In this document: in pieces, positions 23,858-35,600 of the stretch
How positions within the stretch are numbered: position 1 is the first letter of the stretch
How the letters are laid out: every line of letters starts with the position of its first letter
Assembly: GCF_022045235.1 (NCBI RefSeq)
Contig: NW_027266297.1
Coordinates: 66,898,001 to 66,962,000 of the forward strand
Direction: 5' to 3'
Source of the DNA: Haliotis cracherodii
Taxonomy: Eukaryota
Length of the DNA: 64,000 bases
Program-made: the position numbers and the translations under genes
Notes under the pieces: model-generated
What the model was told of the DNA's origin: nothing
Databases searched by the model: none
Seen by the model: only the letters and a program-made list of their open reading frames with translations

Positions 23858-24413
23858 ATGTTGGATTAAGTCATTTTCAAAACAAAAGGAGCTTTGTCTA
23901 CCAAAGTAACAGCGTTACATAAGTATCGATATTCCATTACTTGTAGACACTTATAGATCTGTCCCCACTGGTGAATACGATCAATACATCTCTTCAGACT
24001 TACGATTAAATGTTTCAGTACAGCTGTTGCTGACAGTATGTGTACACTGGGCTCCAACACTACACAACGTCACCAGACAAACAGGGTCTGTACAGGCTAC
24101 GGATGAATACGTGTGAAACAGTTGGAGGTAAGATTTTCAACAATGTTTATTTTAGTATCGTGAACAGAAAAAACAGAAACACATTTGTTTCAAGGCTAGA
24201 ACCGTACCCCTCCCCTCGCTCCTTAACACAAACCACCCCAACCTCCAACCCAAACACACACATATATACTCGCACCTCCTTGGGAAAATAGTAGGTGGCA
24301 TAGTGAAGTGTAAGTGTCATTTGTACAAATTAAAGTATGAGTGCTGTAAAGCGGAATAGGGCTTTTCGCTGTCTCCGAGATCGTGCTGCATATTTCACAC
24401 AATTGATAAACCA

Positions 24414-24697
24414 GTGAGTGAGTGAGTGAGTTGGGTTTATCGCCGCTTTTAACAGTATTCCAGTTATATCGCGGCGTGTCAGCTTAATGTGGGAGGAAAG
24501 CCCGAAGTGATGCAGGTCTCAGACGTTTACCACTTCGGTGAAACCCACGAGCACGGGTATGGTGCTGACAAACCTAGAAACATAATCGGGGCGAACCGGG
24601 ATTCGAACCCATGATCATATGTTTCTGGCGTGCCCAAGGGACGCAACTCTGCACAGCGAATCGCGGCGCCTTAGACGACTGGGCCACCCGTGCCCCC
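24414..24697 (-). mobile_element. tRNA-derived SINE (family B, about 285 bp)
   Basis: Reverse complement of 37167-37447; flanking repeat ATAAACCAGT on both sides. Confidence 0.9.
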
Positions 24698-25614
24698 TAA
24701 TAAACCAGTAACTGATCGACTCAACACTATATAACGACTGTGACTATTTTAAACTTCCCGTTTCTGTGTTTGAAACTTAGGTTACCCAAATTGATGTATT
24801 ATTTCGTAAAAGACTACGATTTAAATTCAATTCTAAATGGTAATTCACATTTAACTACAGTAACAAATCTTGATATTTTGAAATCAGTGCACAGTTTTTA
24901 TTCTATCTTCTTGCCGATTTAGAGATTTTGTCTGAGATGTTGGCTTTGCTATATGATACTGCAATGTTGTTATGACGGATGTAAATGATAAGGTAACTGT
25001 AGTTATGAAAGATAATCTAGTAATTAAACACTTACAGAACAATACTTATCTTTGTCAATTATATAATGTATGCTATTTCTCATGTCACTTTCAATACATT
25101 GTAATTTGTATATGTATCAATATTTGGAAGAGGCATTCAGATGAGCAAAATTTGCTTGTTTGCCAATCCTTCCACTTTGTGGAAATAAATATGTTTATAT
25201 CAAATCGATGTGTAACAAAGCAAGACGTCACATACGTTCGGTGTGTGTCAAACTACTTCCTGGACAAGTGACTTCATCGGTAGGCATATATGACAGCATC
25301 ATCGATTTGTACCACACAGTGTATACTATTAATCTATTTCAACACAATTGCTATGGCATGCTGTCACAGTTGCATTACGCGGTCAATGTATTTAATATCA
25401 CAAGGAATTCTATTTCTCTGAGGGAGAATCATGTTGGCACACGTTGTTGACCTGCAAGAATAGCGCATAATGACTGTCACACGTTGCTATATATCTCTGT
25501 TCTGTGTCAAAAAATATAATTTAAAAATAATTTGTCGCTATCATTACATATTCATGATGACAAACCTAAAACTTAAAACTATTCTGTGTTCGACATGCCT
25601 GTAAACCTAGCTAT

Positions 25615-25797
25615 TCTGTATTTGACTTTTGTATTTCCACAAACATATTTTGTATTTGACTTTTGTATTTCCACAAACACATTTTGTATTTGACTTTTGT
25701 ATTTCCACAAACATATTTTGAATTTGACTTTTGTATTTCCACAAACATATTTTGAATTTGACTTTTGTATTTCCACAAACATATTTTGTATTTTACT
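25615..25797. repeat. 34-bp tandem repeat, about 5 units
   Basis: Unit TTTGACTTTTGTATTTCCACAAACATATTTTGTA at 25621, 25655 and onward. Confidence 0.9.
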
Positions 25798-25805
25798 TTT
25801 CACAG

Positions 25806-26923
25806 CGTTTGGTGGATCGGTCCATATCGTAGGAAAAGTAGATTCTCAACAATCGTTGCAGATTTCGTGTGAGTACATCCTCTTCATTCAGCTCAATCAA
25901 AGCGATTGCAGAAAAGTATATACCTACCCATAGCCTTCGGCTTGATTGTCATAACATCGCAGTGTAATATTTGGCTTCAGTCTTCGGCTTTGGCTTCGTT
26001 GAAGGGGACCCGGGCCCTAATGGAGTATATCCATGGTACTTTTTCAATTTTAGGATAGGTCTCAATATCTCTTTGCGTTAGGGTACTCATTACCTGATAT
26101 ACTCATATACTCAATATAATTTGAGTAGGGAGGTGAAGAAAGCAATGTTTCAACAACATTGAAATAACTTTCTCAGAAAGCCAAATTTTCTCAAGCCGAG
26201 TCCCCATTTAATGTTTGTTATGTTAATGTATTACCAGGTCCCAAACTTCAACTGGACAGCACAAGGGCGAACACATGGCAATGTCACGTTAACACAGAAG
26301 GCGAGCTGGTCAACTCACAGCCGGTCGGACGCCAACAGGAGGAGCATAGTGGCAGACTACGCAAGTACCGTGGCACATGCAGCTCCACCCCTATCCTTGT
26401 TACTCCCAATTCGTCCAACCCTGACTGTGTCCCTGCCGCACCCCGGTACTGGGAGACGCTGTCCGATGTGACGGTGGAGGTGGGCGTGGGGTGGCCTGCT
26501 CTAGAGGTGTCGGTCGTGGAGAAGAAACAGGTGGACCGGAACCTATGGACGTGTTACCAGCCCCGCTCCTGGAGTATCTGTGTGGTGGACTGTCCCCAAC
26601 ACCGATGTATCTGTACCAGGGTTTATGATGAAGGGTGGCATATTCTCTGCTCAACCAACACCATGTCTAACGCCCCATGTACACAGGTCACACTTTCATA
26701 TGGCGTTGTGCTGGATGTTTGGGGGAAAAGGCTCGCGTTCATTGATCTGAATAATAACGCCGTTTTGGCTAAATTTTATGTTTCATTTACAGAATTACTG
26801 TATCCGATGTTCGGAGTTGGGTCCAGGGAATGCAATTACACTGTGCAGATGAAATTGGTCAGTGGCGAGGCCATTGAAATGACAGACACAAAGAAGGCTC
26901 TAATCTATACAGCACTCACGTAG
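25806..26923 (+). CDS. 3' exons of a PRY/SPRY (B30.2) domain protein, TRIM-like
   Basis: Terminal exon 26238-26923 is open in phase 1: PKLQLDSTRAN...RLRKYRGTCSS...PRYWET...LEVSVV...RSWSI...YGVVLDVWGKRLAFIDL...LYPMFGV. Candidate 63-nt phase 1-1 exon at 25806-25868 (CAG|...|GTGAGT). Upstream exons not identified. Confidence 0.75.
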
Positions 26924-27161
26924 CCAAAGGAAGGACTTACCAAAATTGCTTGTCAATGGGCTTCTTCTGTTTTAAATACATAATTTATAGAATAGAATAG
27001 CAATACAAAAAGGAAATGTCCTTATGTCCAGTATTTATTCTATGCTACCAAAGTATGGATCGGATTTGAATAGTTACAACACTACTTGGAGAAGAGGTCA
27101 TTCTGGAAGGTGCCCATGTTCTGGTTGATGTTGTGGGTTGTCTAACCTGTACACTATGAAC

Positions 27162-27400
27162 TGGACCCACTTGCACAACGCGATCTTAGCTCTAAGATGA
27201 TCGTTACTCCCATTCTTTAACATAGGCTTACGATAGTCTTAGCGCGAAGTGAGTGAGTGAGTTAAAGCTTAACGTCACATCGGCAATATTTCAGCCATAT
27301 CGTGACGAAACAAAATTGACATTTACAATATATATTAAGTAGTACAAAATTCTGCCGACGAAGGCCTTAGCGCGAAGATCGCCTTGTGCATGTGGGCCCT
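27162..27400. mobile_element. Palindromic MITE interrupted by a 116-bp I-group LINE 3' tail
   Basis: Ends GGACCCACTTGCACAACGCGATCTT and AAGATCGCCTTGTGCATGTGGGCC are inverted. The insert at 27250-27365 is flanked by TSD CTTAGCGCGAAG and resembles 59378-59500. Confidence 0.75.
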
Positions 27401-27450
27401 CCTGCTCCGTTATATACAAGCAGCTTTAAACCCATTTATATACACTTACA

Positions 27451-27688
27451 CTGAATGAATGATTAAACATTATATCAGTCATGTCGTGTCAACTTAATGT
27501 GGGAAGAATCCTAAAGTGGTGCACGTCTTAGACGTTGACCACTTTGGAGAAACTCATGAGACGAGTTTATCATACCGGCCAACCTAGAAACATGGAACCG
27601 GGTTTCCAACCCACAATCATAGATTTCTGGTACACCTAAGGGGCGCAACTCTTCGCAGCGCCTTAGACGTCTGGGCATCTGACGCCCC
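27451..27688 (-). mobile_element. Older family B SINE copy
   Basis: Diverged match to 24414-24697; imperfect TSD ATACACTTACA / ATACAGTTACA. Confidence 0.75.
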
Positions 27689-27713
27689 TTATACAGTTAC
27701 AATGTATATTTAA

Positions 27714-28240
27714 CCCAAAGAGCCCCGTGGGGTTTTCCGGTTAGCAGTGGCCCCTTGAAGTCTATAAGCTGTTAGTAAGACGCGACTTTATGGATCAGGT
27801 GGTCAGACTCTGCGATTTGGTTGATTCTGTATCATGTATCGGGTGGCCCAGTCGTCTAAGGCGACGCGATTCGCTGTGCAGAGTTGCTTCTCTTGGGCAC
27901 GCCAGAAACCTATGATTGTTGGTTCGAATCCCGGTTCGCCCCGATTATGTTTCTAGGTTTGTCAGCACCATACCCGTGCTCGTGGGTTTCACCGAAGTGG
28001 TAGACCTGCATCACTTCGGGCTTTCCTCCCACATTAAGCTGACACGCCGCGATATAACTGGAATACTGTTAAAAGCGGCGTTAAACACAACTCACTCACT
28101 CACTCACTCACTATCATCTGTCCCCGATTGCGTTGCTCGTTGCTCGTAATACCAATCACTGTTTTGTCAGATCCAGACATTATTAACAAACCGATGTCAT
28201 ATAGCTGGACCATTGCCGCGAGAGGCATTAAACAAAAAAG
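27714..28240 (+). mobile_element. Family D SINE-like element with a nested family B SINE at 27841-28111
   Basis: Outer halves (GGATCAGGTGGTCAGACTC... and ...TCCAGAC...CATATAGCTGGA) match the reverse complement of 29150-29310. The inner copy is a family B SINE with TATCAT repeated on either side. Confidence 0.75.
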
Positions 28241-28676
28241 CAACACGTCAATAATCTTGAATATTAGCTAATATTAATATATCCATCTGTTGAATAAAAT
28301 GAATAAGGTTTCTACTTAACGTGCTTGGACAATCTTGCAATACTTTCATTAAAAGCGCTAGATTCGACGATCCAATAATCTCCAGGCTCTGTCTAGATGT
28401 TCTTAGTAACCTGTTGTTGATTGGTTGATCCAGGTACACCCAAGGTACAAGATAATAAAGTCTTGTTTGACAAATCTGCAGATCTGTATCTGTTAGGAAT
28501 TTTTGAAGTCGGTTACTCTGTATGACACTCACATGTGCGGATTCAAGATTGCGAAAGCATAGAAACAAAGAAAGACACTTTGAAATTCATCTGCATATGT
28601 TTATTTCGATTCTGACATGTATCTGTATACATTGTTCCCAAACTCGCCCCCGTGCTTCAATTATAATAGTTAGTTC

Positions 28677-28963
28677 GTGAGTGAGTTGGGTTTAACGTCG
28701 CTTTTAACATTATTCCAGTTATATCACGGCATGTCAGCGTAATGTGGGAGGAAAGCCCGAAATGGTCTCAGGCGTCTCGCAGGTCTCAGACGTTTATCAC
28801 TTCGGTGAAACCCATGAGCACGGGTATCGTACTGACAAACCTAGAAACATAATCAGGGCGAAGCGGGATTCGAAACAACAACCATAGGTGTCTTGCGTGC
28901 CCAAGGGACGCAACTCTGCACAGCGATCGCGTCGCCTTAGACGACTGGGCTACCCGTGCCCCC
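28677..28963 (-). mobile_element. Family B SINE
   Basis: Near full-length match to 24414-24697. Confidence 0.9.
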
Positions 28964-29134
28964 TATAATTGGGAACGTCAGTCAATAGTTTATTTGGCAA
29001 GCAGACATTGCATCGATGTATGGAGCTTAAAACTAGTCCCTGCCAGGTGACCACATTTGCATATTGACGTGATCGTGATCCCCATGTTTATCGGATTCGT
29101 TTATCGCATTGACAACACTTTTCATTATATGATA

Positions 29135-29320
29135 GAGTTTGTTTTGTTCTTTTGCCACATTCAGCAATACTCCAGCTGTATGACGGCGGTCTGCACATAA
29201 TTGCGTCTGGACCAGACAATCCAGTAATTGACATCATGAACATCAATCTACGCTTTTGGGATACGATGACATGCCAAGTACGTGAGCCTGACCACCTGAT
29301 CCCGTTAGTCATTTTTTTTC
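29135..29320 (-). mobile_element. Family D SINE-like element, partial
   Basis: CAGCAATACTCCAGCTG...TCTGGACCAGACAATCCAGT...GAGCCTGACCACCTGATCCCGTTAGTC matches the outer element at 27714-28240. Confidence 0.6.
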
Positions 29321-30516
29321 CCGATACGATAGTGAATCGGGTTTTAGTTTGGGATTGATCAGGAGCAGTCGCTTTGATCTGTGGCAGCGGCCACATCTGA
29401 GCAGGGTACGACATTGTATTCACTGGTGCTAGATTCCTGTCATTTCCGAAAAAGACAAGACACCAAGGTCATATCGCTCAATAAATCAATTTCGTTCACC
29501 TAAGTAATATTACAGAATTTATTTTCTTCACTTGCGTTATTAGATCTAGTAAGGACAATCCATTCTGTTTCACCTGGCAGCTACACGACATTAAACACCA
29601 GAACCTAAGCATTTATTTATTTTTAAGTCAGATGAAATGTTACAAGATAAGGCAAAAATACTAAATTAATTATATTCCTGATAAATGCAGGGATTAAAGA
29701 GAAAATAGAAAAACGAGTTGATTGTAAACACCGATTGAGAATTCGGGGAAACCCCGGAAAGTAGTTCCGGCAAAAGTTCACACGATCAATTTCACAAAAA
29801 ATTGCTCACGTCGTGTGAACTTTTTAGTCGTCCGTTCACAGGAGTGTGAACTCCAAATATCAGATCACGTGACTACTCATTCAGCCAATCAGCATGAAAG
29901 AAACAGTGTAAACGTTAAAGTATGAAATTATTACTCTATGATTGAGGAGGTCGAATGAAACGGGAAGAGCACCAGAAACAGAGAAATGATACAGGTCAAT
30001 ACAAATATCAGCATACATTTTTGGGAGTATCAACATTCTTTGAGATTATCTATTTAAGAAATAAAGAAAGAGGATGTTATAGTATTCTGGAGTTCTGTTT
30101 ACTTAATACTAACAGTATATTTACTGTTGAACTTCCTCTGGATATACTTGCGTAAGTGAGTGAATGATGTTAATCGCCACGATCGGCAATAATCCAGCTA
30201 TGATGACACGCTTATCACCTGATCCATTTCAGTCAATTCTTACGATAAACATATCTGTAAGAAGAAACTTCCATTCTATCACAGGATTCTCTTTGAGGAC
30301 ACATGGGGTTTGCAAGAGCGTCAACTTGCCTTTTTATCAAAGTCTTGTTTCTATCCTTGCCACATCAAGCCCACTTTCCTGTGCTAAATATGATTGGACT
30401 ATCGCACATATCGATACTCCAATCAGAAAACGTTTCACAAAATCAACATCCACGACTGGTACCCCTTCGCTTGAAAGTGATTTACCACTGCCTGCCTTTG
30501 TTGACATGGCGACATG

Positions 30517-30776
30517 GTGATATTTGCTTGTGTGCTGCTTTTCCTTCAACATATGGCAAGTATTTGGTACAGAAAAAATCCTGTGCTTTAACTTCCGTCA
30601 TTAAAGGTTTCAACTTCCAAGAGTGTTCGAAAACATTGTAGGGGTTGTATCGTTCTGCATATAGCACTCTCTCCTGGTACCACAAGTACGTTCCATTAAG
30701 TCGAACAATATTGGATATATGATCCAAGCCACATAGCATGGTTGGAAGGGCAAGAATGGCAATCTCAAGAAACACG
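30517..30776 (-). pseudogene. Duplicated, frameshifted 3' fragment of the STELLO-like gene
   Basis: Near identical to about 32629-32880 (VFLEIAI...EHSWKLKPLM...HKQISP), with an 8-nt insertion near 30742-30751 and a different sequence after the last codons. Confidence 0.9.
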
Positions 30777-31730
30777 AATATATCTTTTTCATCTTTAAAC
30801 CCCCAACGATTGCCTATGTTTTTGTGTCAGGGATGAAATCGTGAATGTCAAGGTTATCTGATCGACTAGGTCGTCGCCTAAGGTAAGTCGCCATCTTTGT
30901 GAAGGTATACGGGATAAGAACAGCGACCTGATGGGATATCGCGTTATCATTACAAGAGGCACTACTCGTGATCTACGCGAGGTGGCGCCAGGGTAGAGCC
31001 AAGATAAGTGGCCTTGATGTGGCAAGGGTAGAAACTAGGCTTTGTTATAGGCTAGTGGACACACTTGCGTCAGGACGATAGTTCGAATGTGAAGGTTATA
31101 TCCTCGATTAGGTTACAGATGAAAGTCGCCTTGAAAATATTCAAAAGTGAACAAAAGCATTTCCGTTTATATGCTGAAAGCCCCGAGTGAACGGTGAACT
31201 CATGCGATAACTACCTTTGTGTGTGATAAAACTGATATATTGCAAACACTTGCACATTTAGTAGTAATCTTTAAAATCTAATTTTGAATTACATCAATTA
31301 CCCAATTTGAACATTGCAATAGAAGTGAGTCTGTTGTATTGACAAGACCTGTACTGGATAATGTGGGATAACATCATCAGGGTGGCACAATTTCGCTTTG
31401 CGTTCCTTATACGGTCTGGCATTGTCATTTACTTCGCGATTAAGAACACCTGTTGATTTGTGTAATGTATTGATCAATATACTGTATATACTCTAAAGAA
31501 AAGTAGGGGACGTTCGAAAATATCTGCTTGTACTAGTACGGACTTCAGGCAATTTTATGGAGTTTACCCACTGAGATGCCATGTCACATTTAAACACTGA
31601 TACCTCCTTTTTATGCCTAAATGCCATGTACCATATTTTTACATCTTTTGACATGACGCAACGGGGCGAGCCACTGACCTTCCACTCTCGGGGCAAACGC
31701 TCTGACGATGCCTGTTGTGTTGTGTTGGGT

Positions 31731-32104
31731 GTATAATCCTACCTCCATGATAGAATGATGAGATCTGATTGGTCCACGTCATCTTGATAAAATACTGTGT
31801 AACCCGTCTTTGAGGGTAATACATTTCTCAGCGGGGGAATTAACTTCAACGTCGATGCAAGAAGCCGCACGCTTAACCTCAGCTCAATCGACCAGCTGTT
31901 TCTATCAATTTTCAATTTGTGTTAATTCTTTTACAATGTCACATTAAAACATGTCGGTAAGATACATTCGTTGTAGCAGGATCACGGGGGGTACATGGGG
32001 TTTTATGTGTCCCTCCTAGGGTGTTATAACACTCGCCCCCGACTCGTGGTTTAAAATCTACGCGGGACACATAAAACCCGAATGACCCTTCCTCAACTTA
32101 TATT
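31731..32104 (+). mobile_element. Probable non-autonomous Crypton-like element
   Basis: CTGATTGG motif near the 5' end. A perfect 16-bp inverted repeat near the 3' end (GGGTTTTATGTGTCCC 31998-32013 / GGGACACATAAAACCC 32064-32079) encloses CTCGCCCCCGACTCG. Confidence 0.55.
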
Positions 32105-32625
32105 GTACAACGTGGAATTGTTTGAGTAACAGTTTCCTGGTATCCGAGCAGTAGGTTGTTTCTATAACTCTTACCTACTAGAAAATGGGGTAAAAATAGC
32201 TGTCTGTAATTTTTATCTCATAATTGTGTTACCAAAGTATTTTATTCTACGACATTTATAAAACGTATCAAGATATTTCAAGACATCATGAAAAAGGGTC
32301 ATCAAGTTACATTGATATCAAAAGAATTCCAAATGATGATTTATTCTAAATAGTACAATTCATTCAGTAGGTTCCTTTAACTCCAACACAACATCATAGC
32401 ATTACCTGTACACTCAATACAGCGAGACATGCAGTAGTTCACATTAGCAAAAGTACACCATTTGCGCAGAAATATTTTTGTTTAAGAAATACTATTAAAG
32501 TTGGGTTTTATTTCATATATAACATACGAATTTTCGTCTGTCTTTTAGTTTAATTATATTGAATATAATATATTTTTGTGGATGACACTTCATGTGACAT
32601 AAAACATCATTTAAATGTCATTTCT

Positions 32626-35600
32626 TCAGGGCGATATTTGTTTGTGTGCTGCTTTTCCTTCAACATATGGCAGGTATTTGGTACAGAAAAAATCCTGTGC
32701 TTTAACTTCCGTCATTAAAGGTTTCAACTTCCAAGAGTGTTCGAAAATATTGTAGGGGTTGTATCGTTCTGCATAAAGCACTCTCTCCTGGTACCACAAG
32801 TACGTTCCATTAAGTCGAACAATATTGGATATATGATCCAAGCCACATAGCATGGTAGGAATGGCAATCTCAAGAAACACGTGATGCCCAAAGAACAGTT
32901 TTGAAAAGAAACTGAAAAGCTCTTTGTGTTTAGAAGGAACATAAAATATATCCGATGCTTCGTAGAAAGCTCCTCCAGGCCCACCAAAACTCTCAGAAAG
33001 TTGTGAAAGAAAATTCTGGACCTTTTGCTTGTGAGATGTGGTCTTAAGATGTTCAAAGAATGCCCATAATTGTCTCAAGCGCCTTACGCCCCAGTTACCA
33101 GCGCTCCAAGGCCACCAATGCAACTGCCCATTTGCTTTAGTAATGTTTGGAACTTTCCTGGTTCCAAGTGTTCCATTTCTTATACTTTGTTGGAACCAGA
33201 TCTTGTCCCTCGGTAAGTCGACGATGTTCCACATGTTCAGCAACACGTCGTCTGACATCTGCATGTATCCACTGACATTGTAGCCAAGTTCCATGGCGTA
33301 ATCTAAGCATAGATAACCATGTACACCTCTATCAAATTCATTGACCTCCAGAAAGGTGACAGGGTGACGATACTGTTTCTGAAATCCCCCAAAATTACCC
33401 AGAACGCTGCCACAGTAGACAATATGTTTAAAGAACTTCCGATACACATAATCTAAGTATTCAATGTTTGAATAATATGTTGGATAGTTGAATATCACAA
33501 CAAGCACAATGTCATTAATAGGAGGTGGGGTAGTTGCTGAAGGGCGTGGCAACTTTGATTTGCATATGTCTTCGTACGGATTTGTCTCAACTTGTGAATG
33601 TGCTTTAGCAGTCGGTTCATACACAACGTTGTGAATCACATTAGGGGGTTCTTTAAGGACAAATCCTGGAGACGATATATTCCGTTTATGTTCCACGTAG
33701 TTGAGAGACCCAAGGCTAGAAAACCAACTTTTAATCATATCACTATTGGCGTGCTTTAGCAGTTTATTAGTTACCATGATGTTGGTAAGCTTTAGAGCAC
33801 ATGTATTAAAGCTATCTTGTGATCCACATTTAAATCCCCCAAGTAGTGTTTCAATTATATCGTTTTCATTTCCGCCACTTCCATCTGAACCAGAATAGCC
33901 AGACATATCTGTACAGGATGATGGGTATATTCCGATTATTTCCTTCAGATCTGTCATTAACCATCGCCACCAGTTGGTCCAAGAAGGGGATTTTTCTTTC
34001 ACCAGAATACTTCCTAAAGCCCAAAATGACTTATAGCTGACAAGTGAGGACACTAGATCGGTTGACTTGTAAAGATATGCTGGTACATATGCATGAGGCA
34101 GTCTGCAAGCTACATTCTCTACATCAAAATAGGGACGATTCGAAGTCTGTAAAGGCGGCCTCCACTTTCTTTGAATGCTGGGTGTAAGAAATTCTCCTAA
34201 CTGATAGGAGACGTGCCTGTTTCTGTCTCTGATATCCGTTGACATATCCTTGACGCCAAAATGTCGGTCTGAGTCAAACATGACATCCCCACGATATAAC
34301 ATGCCATTTGATCTTTCTCCAAATTGAAAACCATGTAGTTGTTCCTGAAGATTCGAGATCCTGTCTGTGGAATATATCCACTTAGCGCCGTGACTTATTG
34401 CAAATAGATATGATGTCATTCTAATGTTCTTTACACCTGACAGTGGAAGGTCTGTAATAATATTAGACTTGTCATTGATGAAGACACAGTCACTGCATCT
34501 GAAATTATATGGATATGCAAAAATATGAAAGATAACATTATATATGCATGTAACTGTGAGTGATCTCATACCTCATTTCTTGCAAGGAAAATAAGCCCCG
34601 ACAGAATAAAATCACAACAGCCATATTCAACATTATTGTTTATTAAGCATTAAGCGAAGGCAACATGCATTTTGTTCCTGATTAAGTGTTTTTACATTCG
34701 TTCGTTGCCAAAATTGAACGCAAATACAACCAGAATCAGCATACCACCATTGACTGAATGGATACAACAGGATCAGTATACCACCATTGACTGAATGGAT
34801 ACAACAGGTTCAGCATACCACCATTGACTGAGTGGATACAACCAGCATCAGTATACCACCATTGACTGAGTGGATACAACCAGCATCAGTATACCACCAT
34901 TGACTGAGTGGATACAACCAGCATCAGTATACCACCATTGACTGAATGGATACAACCAGCATCAGTATACCACCATTGACTGAATGGATACAACCAGCAT
35001 CAGTATACCACCATTGACTGAATGGATACAACCAGCATCAGTATACCACCATTGACTGAATGGATACAACCAGCATCAGTATACCACCATTGACTGAATG
35101 GATACAACCAGCATCAGTATACCACCATTGACTGAATGGATACAACAGGATCAGTATACCACCATTGACTGAATGGATACAACAGGATCAGCATACCACC
35201 ATTGACTGAATGGATACAACAGGATCAGCATACCACCATTGACTTAATGGATACAACCAGCATCAGTATACCACCATTGACTGAATGGATACAACAGGAT
35301 CAGTATACCGCCATTGACTGAATGGATACAACAGGATCAGTATACCACCATTGACTGAATGGATACAACAGGATCAGTATACCACCATTAACTGAATGGA
35401 TACAACAGGATCAGTATACCGCCATTGACTGAATGGATACAACAGGATCAGCACACCATCACATTTAACAAGTACAACATCCTTACTGACTCAATGAATA
35501 CAACCGGCATTGCCATACCGTCATTGACTGAATGAATACATCCAGGAGTAGTTTACCGACATTGACAGAATGAATACAGCAAACATTAGCACACTATCAT

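Noticed and set aside
23344-23909. Repetitive ORFs with a 12-aa period
   Set aside because: Products of the 36-bp array, open in several frames, with no splice or homology support.
26211-26471. Apparent frameshift between ORFs 26211 and 26468
   Set aside because: The frame of ORF 26468 is open back to the acceptor at 26237, so the SPRY exon is intact and ORF 26211 is off-frame.
28248-28568. 106-aa minus-strand ORF
   Set aside because: No recognisable domain or splice context; possibly a decayed RT remnant.
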